Assembly (NCBI RefSeq): GCF_009834535.1
Contig: NC_045697.1
Coordinates: forward strand, 24,492,001-24,556,000
DNA length: 64,000 bases
Reading direction: 5' to 3'
Source: Camelus ferus
Lineage: Eukaryota
The first letter of the stretch is position 1, and each line of letters begins with the position of its first letter. The notes under the pieces are model-generated. The model saw only the letters and a list, made by a program, of their open reading frames with translations, had not been told where the DNA came from and did no database searches. Positions 26,590-39,595 of the stretch are shown one piece after another. The translations under genes and the position numbers were made by a program.

Positions 26590-27095
26590 CTGTCCCCATA
26601 TTTCAATTTGAGAAAATGTAATTTCTCAGAACTTTCTTTTTTTAAAGATTTTATTAGCAGAGCAAAAGTACACCTCCAAGAATGGGAGGCAGGCTGATCC
26701 AAGGGAGAAGAGCAGTGGTCCTTGTTTGTTCCATCTGTTACACCCTCACTTAGAGGAGGTCTCTTGATTGGTTGATGGCTCTTGCCCCTGAAGTGCTTAG
26801 TCATGCTTGTCCCCTTTTGCAATGTCCTTACCCGTGATGCACACAGAAAAACTCACGGAGGGGGCACTTAAACTGCAATGCTAATTGTATTACAATGAGC
26901 ATTGGGTCATGTCTGGTTAGGTCCTTGTCACTACTGTGCAGTCACTGCTTTCAGGTTCCAACTGGTTTCTTGCTGGCACTGATTTAGAGGAAGTAAAGCC
27001 CCTTTATGCTGAAGGTGGCATACTCCCATCTTCTGGAACATCCTCCCTCTCCTCCACCTTATCTGCCTAGTGTGCCCACTTATCAAACTATCTAA
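26590..27095 (-). mobile_element. ERV solo LTR (probably ERV1 class)
   Basis: The plus strand shows tttatt (AATAAA on minus, ~26650) and tgattgg (CCAAT on minus, ~26766), and ends in ctaaca (TGTTAG start on minus). Confidence 0.65.
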
Positions 27096-27229
27096 CAAAA
27101 CCTTCTGCAAGGAGGTCTGCATTTCAGGTCTGGGAAGATGGGGGTGTCTTCTGCATCTGTTCCTTCTTTAGATGCTCTGCTCAGGATGTGGCTTTGCACG
27201 CCATATGCTACTCCTGAATTCTTCAGAAT

Positions 27230-28630
27230 TTTTTTTTCCCCAGAGTAACTAATCTCCTATGAGAGTTTTAAACTGGTTCAAACTACTGTGTGCTTTCTGT
27301 CTCTTGATTGGATGCTGACTGATACAGAAGTGCTATGAAGAAGTGGGGTAATCCCAGGAGATCTGAAAAGAAGGAATTTGGAAACTGGTTTAGTCCTGCC
27401 TTTGGACTTGAGCATATTGGGCAGACTCTTACCAAAAGGAAATAGGGTGCCAGTATTCTGTGGCATGTAGCAGCATAATAATCAGCCAAGATACCACCTG
27501 TAGTTGATTGTGATAAAGTGTCAACTGAATCAAGTCCCTTGGGAGTCCAATGGTTGCTACACTTCAATGTATGGCAACAAAAGTGACCAAGAAGGCTGTG
27601 CTAGAATTTCTTGAGTGCATTGGAGAGCTTACAGAAAGAAACGACAACCTCAGGAACTTCAACTCAAGTCAAACTCTAAGAATCAGAAAGCTTCTGTGAC
27701 AACCCTAAAATATACTCATTTCTTAGAGCCACAAAATTCAAATCCAAAATCAAATGCAAAACTGAGTTGCATGGGTTGCTGAATTCCAAATGTGACATTA
27801 TCATCCTCCCTGAATGTCAAGACTATGAGCTAGTGTTCTGTTGTAGAAATAAGGAGTGATCTGTCTACTTTATTTTTATCCGTTTTATTTCTATATGTTT
27901 ATAAATATTATTTAACTTCCATTTATCTCTCTTCCTTTCCTATAATTTTACAGGGAATGTTGATGGCAATTAAAATGATCATTTATACCATAGATTACAC
28001 CCTGTCAGGAAGAGATTGTAATTGAAGAGGAATAAGCATCACTCAGGAGTGGATGCAGTACTTGATGAGAGTTTTGGTCCTTGCTTTCAAGAGAGGATGA
28101 GCGTATTGTTTCTATTAGGATGGCTGTGTTGTGTTAGAAAGGGGAATTTTTGTTTATTTGTATTGCTGTTTGGCAGTTTAAGTATGGGAAGAAAACTGTG
28201 AGTGATGATATATTTGGCTTAGCTTACTCAAAGCTAAAACAAAACAGAACAGAACAGAACAAAAATAAACTTCTAGATTCTCTTGAAATACCTAGTTGCG
28301 ATTTCAGTTTGCTGAATCAATTTCACTTCTGAGAAACATTAGTTACTTCCGAGGAAAGCAGTGAAGGCAGCTTCTGGATCTAGCTCACGCTGCAGTAGCT
28401 TTCTGCTTGGGCAGGCAATTTCCTGACTGTGGCAGAAGCAGTGGCTCCCTTAGACACCCAATTGTATATTGTGGGCTTTGGAAGTCGTTACTAGAAGCTC
28501 AGCCTAAGATCTTCTTAGCTATCCCAAATATTCTGAAAGCTTATTAATATCCTATAATAAATCCCCATCTGCTTAGCTATTCTGGGATGGGGTCAGAATC
28601 TGTTCCCTGGAAATGAATCAAGAGTAAAGA
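27230..28630 (+). mobile_element. Internally deleted ERV-L-type provirus relic: LTR end, gag 5' part, internal 3' end, LTR-like sequence
   Basis: An LTR-type end ctgactgataca (~27315-27326) is followed by gag-like ttggagagcttacagaaagaaacgacaacctcagg..gggttgctgaattccaa. The segment 28110-28190 resembles the 3' end of the first ERV-L (2840-2920). An LTR-like tract with aataaatcccc lies at ~28556. Confidence 0.7.
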
Positions 28631-28999
28631 TGTGACTTGCAAATACATGCCCAAACATACAATCTGTCTCCTATCATGCTCTAGGGCACTCTTAGCATAT
28701 TCTGGATAGTCTATTGATGATTGCTGTGCTTGTCTGCATGTGTTTCCCACCCACATTAACCCCCTTCCAATGGCTCCTTTAAGCCCTTATTTATTTAGAT
28801 TACCTGTGGTTTAGATCTGTAAGACTCGTCAAACACTTGGGCATTATGAACTCTATGCCACATTACTTTGGAGGATCTCTGATCCTTAACCATTCCTTCT
28901 CTCATCAAACTTTTGTATTTTCTTTTTTTTTTTTTTTTAAACCCTGGTGTTTTCAAATCAGAGTTTTTGCTTTTATAACTATTGTTTATCATGTGCTCT

Positions 29000-29290
29000 T
29001 TGAGGTACTCTTTGAATTCAATAATATGTAACAAAATACAGAGTCATAAATGTTGTTTGATGAATTCTTGACAATTGTGCACTTCCATGTAAACACCATA
29101 AAAAAGATATATTTTTATCACTCCAGAAATTTTCTTCATGTTTCTTCCATTTATTCAACCCCCAACCATAACTATGGCCACTGTATTGATTTTCCATGAT
29201 AATAGTTTCATTTTGTTTTTTTATGAACTTACCATATGCCATTATACAATATTCTCATCTCTTTCTTGAGATGCTTGTAATAAGAATAGT
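29000..29290 (-). mobile_element. Old L1M 3' fragment
   Basis: ttgacaattgtgcacttccatgtaaacacca..atcactccagaaattttcttcatg. Confidence 0.7.
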
Positions 29291-29489
29291 TCTAATTTTG
29301 TGTCATTTAAAGTATTCTATTAATTTAGGGGGAAAAAAAACCCTATTTGGATCTACTCTAAACTTTCCAATTCACTAAGTTCCTGTTTCTATTAAAAAAC
29401 TTTTTATTATTGAATCTCTTAAATGAGATTTATTATTATTTGAATATTACAGAAAATATCCTTTATAATAGATTTACTATCACCGAACA

Positions 29490-29755
29490 TCATTAAATGT
29501 GTTTATATGAATAAAGCTAAAAATTTCTGGCATGATAGACTTGCTGAAGGTTTTTGCTTTACATATATAAGCTCACAAGCATCTTATGAGAAAGATACTA
29601 TTATTATTATTATTATTGTTATTATTATTCTAGTTTTACAAATGAGGAAATTCAGGTGCAGGACATTAATTAATTTGACCAAGGTTTCAGGGTAACTTAT
29701 AATCAGGACTGAACCAAGGCAGTCTGATTTTAGAATCTATAATTTAAAACTATAT
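29490..29755 (-). mobile_element. MIR containing a (TTA)n tract
   Basis: gttttacaaatgaggaaattcagg..aatttgaccaagg..caaggcagtctga. Confidence 0.75.
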
Positions 29756-29958
29756 TCATTTGACTTATTTATTAATAGTAGAGTTTATATTTTCAAAATG
29801 CAGTTACAATTAACCTATTATCCAAAATAATGACTTACCTCAGTCCTCGTTCAACTTCACTTCTTAGCTCCATTTGACTGTGTAGATAACTCCTATGTTC
29901 TTCATGTATTTCATTCTCAACATGAACAAAATCAAGCTCACCACATCTTCTTTTATTC

Positions 29959-30172
29959 CAGAGTTGGCAAAAGTGTTCTATTAAGGTCAAAAAAAGTAAA
30001 CATGTTAGGCTTTGTGGGCCGTAAGGCCCTTGTCACCATTACTCAAGTGTGTCATTGTAGGGAGAAAGCAGCCATAGACAATATGTCCGTGAATGGACTG
30101 TGTTCCAAAAATACGCTATTTACAAAAACAGACTGCAGCCAGATTTGACACACAGGCTGGTTTGTCTACTTT
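29959..30172 (+). mobile_element. MER58A-like hAT-Charlie MITE
   Basis: cagagttggcaaa..ttaggctttgtgggcc..aaagcagccatagacaata..tatttacaaaaacag. Confidence 0.85.
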
Positions 30173-30806
30173 GGTGTTACTCCAAACTCAGTTTAAAAAG
30201 ATGTGTTTGATCCAGGCTTTCAGGACTTTTTTTTTACTCTCCTCTGCTTTTCATATCATTTACCCCATCGCATGGATTCTGTATATAAATATCCCTTAAC
30301 TGCAATAGTTAACAATCACTGAAGGAGCCTCATGGACTGCTCACATATTTTTGTATCACAATCATACAGAAAGAGTAGACCAAGCCCAGGTGGGAGATCT
30401 AGGACTTGACCTCATACATGGCCTCTGGTGATTCCGGTGACCCCTCACCAAAATCCATGCTCTTAGATATTACACCATATTACCTATCTGAATTTTTCTT
30501 TCATTACTTATAAACCCATACTTAATTTCAAGTTGATTATTTAAAAATATTTTTAAGAGGCAAGACATTCTTCTACTTATTTATATGGATATAAATAAGT
30601 ATATGAAGTGAAATGAACATCATGGAAAATAAAATAAGAAAGCAATTAGCATTTATTGACTTTTTACCATTTACCTGCTATGTACTTCCTATATTACCAC
30701 AAGTACAATAATAGTAATTATTAATAACTGTTAAATTGTTAATAACTGATAAATAACATTAATCTCAATTAACAATAACACTAATCTTATGTGGTAGGTG
30801 CTATAA

Positions 30807-31497
30807 TTTTTTCTTTCTTTCTTTCTTTCTTTTTATTGAAGTATAGTCAATTACAATGTGTCAGTTTCTGGAGTACAGCACAATGTCCCAGTCATGCATA
30901 CACATACATATATTCATTTTCATATTTTTTCTATTAAAGGTTATTACAAGATATTGAACATCATTCCCTGTGTTATACAAAAAAACTTTTTTAAAATCTA
31001 TTTTTTTTATATATAGTGGCTAACATTTGTAAATCTCAAATCCCTAAATTTATCCCCTCCCCCTTCTTTCCCTAGTAACCATAAGATTGTTTATTAAGTC
31101 TTCGAGTCTGTTTCTGTTTTGTAGATGAATTCATAGTCTCCTTTTTTTTTTTAGATTCCACATATGAATAATATCATACAGTATTTTTATTTCTTTTTCT
31201 GGTTTATTTCACTTAGCATGATTATCTCTTAGGTCCATCTATGTTGCTGCAAATGGCATTACCTTATTTTTTATGGCAGAGTAGTATTCCATTGTATAAA
31301 TATACCACAACTTCTTTATCCAGTCATCTGTCGATGGACATTTAGATTGGTTCCGTGCATTGGCTATTGTAAATAGTGCTGCTATGAACATTGGGGTGCA
31401 TGTATCTTTTTGCATTAGAGTTCCCTCCAGATATAAACACAGAAGTGGGATTGCTGGATTATATAGTAAGTCTATTTTTAGTTTTTTGAGGAATCTC
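30807..31497 (-). mobile_element. Young lineage-specific L1 3' end (ORF2 C-terminus, 3' UTR, (TTTC)n tail), inserted in a MIR-like relic
   Basis: ORF 31239-31508 (RFLKKLKIDLLYNPAIPLL..CTPMFIAALFTIA..WIKKLWYIYTMEYYSAIK) is the L1 ORF2p C-terminus. It shares its 3' end with 14765-14966. Confidence 0.95.
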
Positions 31498-32158
31498 AAA
31501 TTTTTCAAGGGAGGGAATTTTCAAGGAAGGAAGGAGACTTTGAGAACCCAAGTAATTTGAACAATGTAATTTAGATAATAAGTGGTACTTGCTGGTACTG
31601 CAACTTAGAAGATGTTGTCCTGGATCCCATGTGCTGAATATTTTTTCTATATGAATAAAAAAAACTGCAGAGCTTATCAGCGGTATTAAGGGGGATTATG
31701 TTTGGAAAAGAAGGTGCATAGTATGTTAAGTCAAATTATCCATAAGATTCTTAGTTTCTCCCATGTCATTCACCTTTTCTGTGGGAAGCAGCCATAGTTT
31801 ATGGGTGTAAATGACTACAGCCTAGGCTACAATTGTCTGCACTCGAGCCACAGCTGAGACTATCCCCCATTCCATATTCAGTAGGGGTAAATAAATCTAT
31901 GTGGTAGGCTTGAGGATTCTGCACAGAAGTGTCATTAAATGGTGTAGAACTTCTATTTCCTTACTCAGGGCTCTTTAAGGAAGAAGCCAAAGAGAGAGGA
32001 CAATAAAAGCAGAAACAGCAGAAAAAGTAGTATTAAAGAAGGTGAGAAAGAGAACCTAAATCATAAACATTGTTAGATGGCCTTAGATGCTGCTTCTGGA
32101 AGGCTAACATGTTCACAATGCTACATATCTGGCCATAAGTTAAAGAATGTTAGGTATC

Positions 32159-32596
32159 CAGATGTTCATCAACAGATGACTTGATAAAAAAGATGTGGTA
32201 TATATATGTGTGTATATACACACATACATATACACAATGGAATATTACTCAGCCATGAAAAAGAATAAAATAATGCCATTTGCAGCAACATGGATGGACC
32301 TGGAGCTCATCATTCTAAGTGAAGTAAGCCAGAAAGAGAAAGAAAAATGCCATATGATACTGCTTATATGTGGAATATAAAAAAAAAGGACACAGATGAA
32401 CTATTTATTATTTATAACTTAGATGATTGATTTCCTAAATATGTGTAAGCACATTTGACTGTCCTTTATGATTGGGTTACTGCAGTCTATTGATTCTTAT
32501 TTTGTGGTTAGCTTTATTCCTTTGATAATTATGTAAGTTTAAAAAGCTAAGGCTCTCTTAGAAACAATGAACAGTACATATATGTAAATTAAAAAA
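32159..32596 (+). mobile_element. TSD-flanked composite insertion: L1 ORF2-end fragment (~32159-32407), non-L1 sequence and poly-A
   Basis: YTMEYYSAMKKNKIMPFAATWMDLELIILSEVSQ is L1 ORF2p. The flanking direct repeats are aaagaatgttaggtatc (32142-32158) and aaagaatgctagatatc (32597-32613). Confidence 0.8.
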
Positions 32597-33694
32597 AAAG
32601 AATGCTAGATATCTTACATGAGTTGATAGTAAACCCTGATGCTTAGTGAGATGGTCCATTTCACCACAAAGCTTGATTGTGGGGCTGCTGAGAATTTCTC
32701 ATGTACCTACTTAATTGTTCAGTTGTTTCATAATAAATCCTAACCAAGGGCAATCTGCACAGGAAATTTTCATTTCTTTGAAGACTTAAAAGATATTTTT
32801 AGAAATGCTGAAATATAATAATATAGAATCCTGCTAGCCATTCTGTAATACAATGCAATAGTAACTGCATACATATTTCAGAATTTCCATTAACATTTTA
32901 ATATGACTCTTGGTATGTCCATCACTTTTTCCAGACATTGTTTTGTTTTCTGTAAAATGTAGCATAGATTTAAAAGATCTCTAACATTGCTGTAAGTTTT
33001 AACATTCCATTATTCTATTTCTCTATCTGCCTATAATTAAATCTGTTTTCCTTGAGTTGCTAGAATGTAACTTTTATGAAAGCTACAGGCATATGACTTA
33101 GATCTAGAATTCTAAAAATTACATCTCAAAAGTTATGCATATATATATTAATTGAGCTGCATAAAACCATACAAGTATTTTTCTGTCCTTTTCAAGGTTA
33201 GAAATTGCAATGAATGGAAAATGGCCAAAGAATACACATTATTGTCACCCCTCATTCCTTTCTTAGCATTTACATATTTTAAACATTTCAATGCATATAT
33301 AAATTCATATATTTTAACATTTCTCTGATTCTCAATTTATGTAGATTAAGAGAGGTCCATTGAATTTGCGTTCAGATCATTTAAATAAAATTATCTAACT
33401 TATTTTACTCATGTCTCTTTATTGGGTTTATTTACTTCACTGCAGCTGGTTTTCCAAAGCCCTAAAAAAGTTGTTACAGTGCATCCACTTATGTGTGATT
33501 GAGAGCTGTGTTACAAAAACAAATATATTAAATTCAAGTGTTAAATCTACCAGACATGAATGATGATCTTTGGTTTATAAATTATTATCTCAACGTTTAT
33601 TTAAGTGCTGGTATTATGACATTAGCAAACATGCTGTTATCATTTCCCCAAAGACGTAAAAGTTTGTACAACTTATCCAAGTTTGTTTAATATC

Positions 33695-33890
33695 TGTAAT
33701 AAATACATCATAGTTTACTATCTGCCAGGCACAGTTTCAAACCTGTGCTATAGATTAATTCTCAAAACAACTGTATCTGTCAGGTCCTGAGCACTAAGAA
33801 ATTTGTCCAAGACCAAATAACTGTGGTGTGGTGGGTCCACGATTTAAATATCATTAGTTTTATCCAGAGTTTCGCCCTGAGCAATTCTGT
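33695..33890 (-). mobile_element. MIR fragment
   Basis: tttactatctgccaggcac..taagaaatttgtccaagacca. Confidence 0.6.
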
Positions 33891-34529
33891 TATCTATTTT
33901 TTATATACACCCAATACAAGTTACATCCATGATTGCTCTCTATATGACACTTAGGTTTCTTTCATGTAAAATATAGATGAAAGTGAGTATCACAAAGACA
34001 TTTTAGCATTTCTGTATTTTATTTTATAATATGATAGTATAGTTATTATAACTAACACCGACAGGAAAATTATCCTTTAATAATACTGGCAAAAACAGAA
34101 CATATGACTACATTTTCTTTACAGTTGATTGAAAGAACTATCTACTCTGAAGTAGTAATTAGTACATTAATATATTAGTTTTGAAGAGGAAGTTTTTTGT
34201 TGTTTAGAAACCACCTGAGATGCAGAACTTCCAGGGATCAGGGACGATGTGCCAAGATATACACAGATCCACTGGAAAATCATGCTATATTTTCCTGGGG
34301 AACAAATGTTCCTGTGACACTTGTGGACTTGGCATTGTGTAGGACTAGAATTATATTGTGTTTAAAGATAATCCTGGATAATCATAAAGTAGAAGCTGGA
34401 TTTAAATTGCTTTTAATGTAAAAAACATGAGCTAGCAAATATCCTTCACGTTTGGGTGGTGACCGTGGATCTATACTCATGTCATCACATCAACTTCTCT
34501 CTGCTTGGAAACATGCTGTGTCAACCTGA

Positions 34530-35140
34530 CAAATTTCAGTGGCAACGTTGGGAAGGAATTTAATAGGAAGCCTATTTGTATGTTGTAAATTGTTTAAAGT
34601 TCAGGGGATGTAAGAGATTTGCTGGTTACTAGGGCATGTTGTAGCACAGCTAGCACTAGCATTCAATAATCTTTGTTTTTCTCATTCTGATACTCTTTCT
34701 GCCCTACTATTTGCCCTCCTATTAATGCGTCTTTTCAGGGGAGTAGTCTTGGGTGCTCAATTCCTTCATTCAGTGGCTGCACTTTAAAGCTCAGGAGACT
34801 GCTGTTGTCATTACTGCCACTGTTCCTGCTATCACAGCCACCCAACTCCCTCAGAACTGCTGAACGGATAGTAAAACATAAGGTGTAGCCCCTGCAAACA
34901 TTCATGCCTGTGGAAACTTGCTCTCTAACCTTCATTGCTCCGGCAAGAATGGTCAACCTCCTTAGTGCCTTGTAAATGCATCTTTTTGACTAACCCTATA
35001 TTGCATCAAGAAACCTAGCTACAAGGGTATTAGCTACAAGGGTATTAGGGAATGTCTTTTTTATCCTTCAAATCCTGCAAGATGGGGGGCAGATTAAAAG
35101 GATAAAAATGGCTGTCATACGGACATTATCCAGCATGGCA
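34530..35140 (-). mobile_element. Possible ancient LTR relic
   Basis: gggaaggaatttaatagg near the start and acctagctacaaggg..gggaatgtc near the end resemble old antisense LTRs; highly diverged. Confidence 0.4.
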
Positions 35141-36399
35141 ATATTAAGAAATAATGTAAAAATATTTTTTAAATAATCTAAGCAAGCCCTGGGATTAGCA
35201 ATACAAATAGATATTGGAGCAAGCATGATTTTGCACATTATATTATCAAGAATATGCTAAAAGTATCTTTGGGCAATAATATATGCACACTATGTATACA
35301 AAAATAGTATGTAAATAGTAATAAGGTGTTTGATTGTCCAGCAATAGACTATGGAATAAAGTGTGGAATAAGGTGGGAAAAATGTCATGAGACAGCAAAA
35401 CAGTTGGCTAAGCATAAATGATTATGAAACAAATAATAAATCACAGCTTTTTTTTTTTTTTGGTCACACAATTTAAGTGTCATGACTAGTTTTTCCATAA
35501 TGAGTAGTATGTATGCATAATCTAGACTATATAATGCCTTTCAAAACAAAATTTTGTTTTTGTAACAAGTTAAATAATGATTGCAAATATATGTATATAT
35601 ATGCCTACACACATATATACACACATATTTATGACACGGGGAGTAAGAAGACACTGCTGATTTATCACTGGAGTTTTTGGTATTCAGAAGTGTGCAAACT
35701 CACAAAACATCTGTCATAATGTTTTGCTAGTAAAATCATTGGTGAGCTGATGTTTCAGTTTCAAAAAGTTGTCAATTCACTTTTTTAAGTGGTAGAGATA
35801 GGTACGGATGAGGTGCTTCTTTCTTTACTCCTTATTCTTGTACTTGAAATGTACAGCCTGGCCATTGTATGGTTTTAATGAAAACTACTGCAGAAACAGA
35901 CATAAGTTAGAGAGAGGTAAATTTGTATTTGGATACTATTGACTTGGTCATGTTCTCTCTGGGCTGCAGTATTAGTAGTCCAACAACCAAGGAGACAAGA
36001 CTCAAGGGGAAAAGACCCAAATCTATATTTAATGGAAGTTAGAGCACAGGTTTGTTTTAACTTGTGACTTGTGCTGACTATTTTTTTAATTGTTGAGGAA
36101 AAAGTACAGAAAGAAGAGATATCCTGTTTATCTATTTAGACATTCAAAGTTACTAATGCGTATTTTCACAGCTTTCACCCCCAAAAGATATCCTATTGGT
36201 GCTCTCTCTTCTTCTGTTGTAAAGAAAAACCATTCTTGTTTGCTTTGAGAGAGCTTAAATCAATTTTCCTCCAGAAACTTCACTAGAACAACAGTGAAAT
36301 GATATCTTTTTTATGTTATGAAGTATACATACACATACACACATACAAAAACAGACTAAGAAAATAGGAGGGGAAAAAACAGCAAAAATTATGGAGGTG

Positions 36400-37520
36400 G
36401 AAAATGGAGGTAGGCAATCCTGATTTAGCATATCTGAACGATTCTGAAACATAAAATCCTTCTGAGTAGGAAACCAAGACGCAACTTGATTTCTTACATA
36501 GAAATCTACATAGTTGTGAAGTTGTGTAGTACTGATTTCAGATTCATGTCACTTATATCAATTCCTTGACAATGGATGAGCTTCAAGATTCAGATTTTAC
36601 TTTTGGGTTTTAGGAAGTTAATATGGTCCATATACTACATAATATACAATACACATATGTTAATATTGCACTACAACAAATGTTCATAGTAAGAATAAAA
36701 GAAAGACCACGTACAGTCTAGTAAGGTCATACTTTGCTCCAAACTAACTATCAAAGGAAAAACCATCAAGAAAACAAATGAAAAACTTGTACCTTTTGGA
36801 TCAGCAGGTAAGGCACGTCTTTGATAGTATAGAAAAGTAGTGTTCAAAACAGAAAGATGGCCAAAGCATTTTGAAAGCATTAGAATGCTGAATTTCCTGC
36901 CCCATTCTCCTCAGTTACACAACTGATCATCCCCACTCTGAAACAGACAGAAAACTTACCTTTTAGAAGTGATAAATTAGAGGCATTTTGCTTTAGGAAC
37001 ACTAGACATAGCTCAGAACGGGAGAACCATTGATAACAGGAACTAAGAGAGAAGTTGTAACACAAGCAATGCATTCATTCAAAGGGGGAATTACTTCCAA
37101 TTCAGAATACAACACTCACCTTATCTGTCAATGAAATAGGGTCGAATAAAGACATTTTCAGACTTATAAGATATCAAAACATTTTTGGGGGGGCATTACA
37201 GGAGGATATGTGCAACAAAGTCAGAGACACAGGGGGTTTTGTGGAAATGGGTAAACAGAAGTATGCTGGGTAGTGATGGGAGAGGAGTAAGTGTTGGGAA
37301 GGAGTGCAAAATCATTATTTTTCCAAGTGTAAAAGTGAAAAAAAATCAGGTTATCCTAAATAGAGATACAACGTGCCAAGAAGAAAACTAAAATTATTTG
37401 AAGTGGTTGCTTCTGGTGAGCAGGAAATAGGGGAGGATCACAGGAGATTGCTTTTTCTCATTAAATCTTTGTAGAATTATTTGATTCTTTCGATTTTGTG
37501 TGTTTACACTATTGTTCAAA
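36400..37520 (+). mobile_element. HAL1-like (half-L1) relic
   Basis: gaataaagacattttcagac (ORF1-like) and the 3' motifs gaagtggttgcttctgg..tttgtagaattatttgattcttt. Confidence 0.6.
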
Positions 37521-38209
37521 ATGTATCCTAGATTTCCTAACCAAGAAGGTGACTCTAAGTAAAGAAAACAGGGTATAAAGATACTGTAAGGGACTGGCCA
37601 AGCTCAGTGCTGCTAGGCAGACTCTGGATTTATGAGAGGAATAATGAGGAGAAAAGCTAGGAAGATAATTTGGGGCTCATTGTATAAAATGCATACCAAC
37701 GTTAGAAAAGTTTGTTTTAAATGCTACAGGCAATCAGGAATCAGAGAAGGATTTTATACAGAATGCATTCCAACTTCCCAGGCCTCCCAAACTCTACTCC
37801 CCAGTGAGCAGAAGCACTCTTCTCTCATGTCAGCAAGTACTGACTTAGCAGGCAGAATTTTCCATTCCTATATTAAGATCTTTCTGGTTACTAATAATTT
37901 TAGGGAGTAAGGGATGTGGAGAAGCAAAACAATATTATAATGTAATATTTTATTGACCAAAATATTTACCTTAAGGCTTTGGAGACTCTTTTAGGAAACC
38001 CCACATAGCCCAGTGCCATGGTGTCTCCATTTAATTCTCTACTCTTTGATTATGCAAGTGCTTAAAGAACTGTAAGTACAGAATCAATTATCAGCCTTTG
38101 TTAACTCAAACGTGTTCTGCAAATTACAGCTGCCTACTTAAATTAAACCCCCTCTCTGGACCTGCAAAAAAAAAAATGGCTGAACGATGCCTCTGAATAT
38201 TCTCTTTAA

Positions 38210-38330
38210 CTAGAGGTTCTCAAACATTAAAGAACATAAGAATCAATTGGGAATCTTATTTAAAAATTGCAGAGCCCCATCTCAAGAGATTCTGACTCAG
38301 TAATTCTGATCTGATACTCAGCAATCAGTC
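38210..38330. mobile_element. MER5-like fragment
   Basis: tagaggttctcaaac..cataagaatca..agagattctgactcagta. Confidence 0.65.
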
Positions 38331-39309
38331 AGGTCTCTCTCTCTCATCTCTCTGTCTCTCTCTCTCTCAAAACAAACCACTATATTTTTTCAGGTGGATT
38401 AAAAACAATATTTTCATGGGGGCAAACTAACCAAATCTGTTATGCTTTTGCGCTTTTTTGGCAGTGACATCTACTCTGGCAAGTTCTTCTCCTGCAGTGA
38501 GAATAGGAGGAATATTATTAGCATCATCTGGCAATTAGATTCTCTACTTTGACTCAGAACTGAAGCTGGATACCTTATGGAGGAGAAAAATGTCTAAAAT
38601 AACACTTTATTTACTACATCATTAAACAACCCCAAAGCAGCATCAGAAAGTGGATCAAACATTTCAGTGACTCCTTGCCCAGTATCGTCTGAATTACAAC
38701 TACCTATCAAGTCCTATTTTTGACGACAAATGTTAAAAGTAGGTACAGAATTTCTTGAGGGAGACATAGATTCTGTAACATCCTAAACCAGAGAATTCCT
38801 TCATATTGTAAAATCCTTACAGTATAACTGAATTGGAGAGCTCAATTTATGGGGTCAGTCATATAGTTTGAACAATCTCAAAAATTCCACCACCCTCAAA
38901 GAAACAATGCATATGAACCAGATTCTTTTCCTCATGCAAAATAATTGACAATTGCAAAGATAATATTAGAATCTTTTTGAAATAGTTTGACAGAAAATTA
39001 AACTTGAGAAGAAATTAAGAGAATGTGGGAATTGAATCCATTGGGAGCAAAAATAAAAGGGTTTGAAAAGTGCTTTTTTGCAAATACAATGAGACATTTC
39101 CTTAATTAAGAAAAAAAAAACAAGCAAAAAAAAAAAAAAAAAAAAAAAAGACAGTCATCAAACAATGTAAAGTACTCCAGATAATTTTGGGTCAACTCAT
39201 TAGTTTGCTAATTAGAAACTTCTTAGCAAATTCCAGTTCCACCTTTCTTTGTTTCTTAGCAGTGAACTAAATAGTATCCCAGAAATGACCCACAATGCAG
39301 AGCAAAGCT

Positions 39310-39595
39310 GTGGGGAGATCTTTCCATAATTTCTCTTTGTGGATATGTGGCTAATTGAGCAAAGGCAATGTGGCGGTCCAAACTGGAATGGGCTTCAAGT
39401 TCAAAACACACACAGATTTTGGAAGACTAATTATGAAAAAAAAAAAAGCATAGTATGTCATTAATCATTTATCCATTTTGGATGTATTGGATTAAATAAT
39501 ATACATTCTTAAAAATAATTCATTCTTCTTTAATTTTTTTTTAATGTGGCCACTTGACATATCTGGCTTGCATTATGCCTCTACTGTGCATTGGC
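39310..39595. mobile_element. MER33/MER3-like hAT MITE
   Basis: aatgtggcggtccaaactgg..aaaacacacacagattttggaagact..ttttggatgtattggattaaataa..aatgtggc. Confidence 0.75.

Noticed and set aside
39111..39149. Orphan poly-A as a retro-insertion or retrogene tail
   Set aside because: No convincing TSD and no recognisable upstream element.
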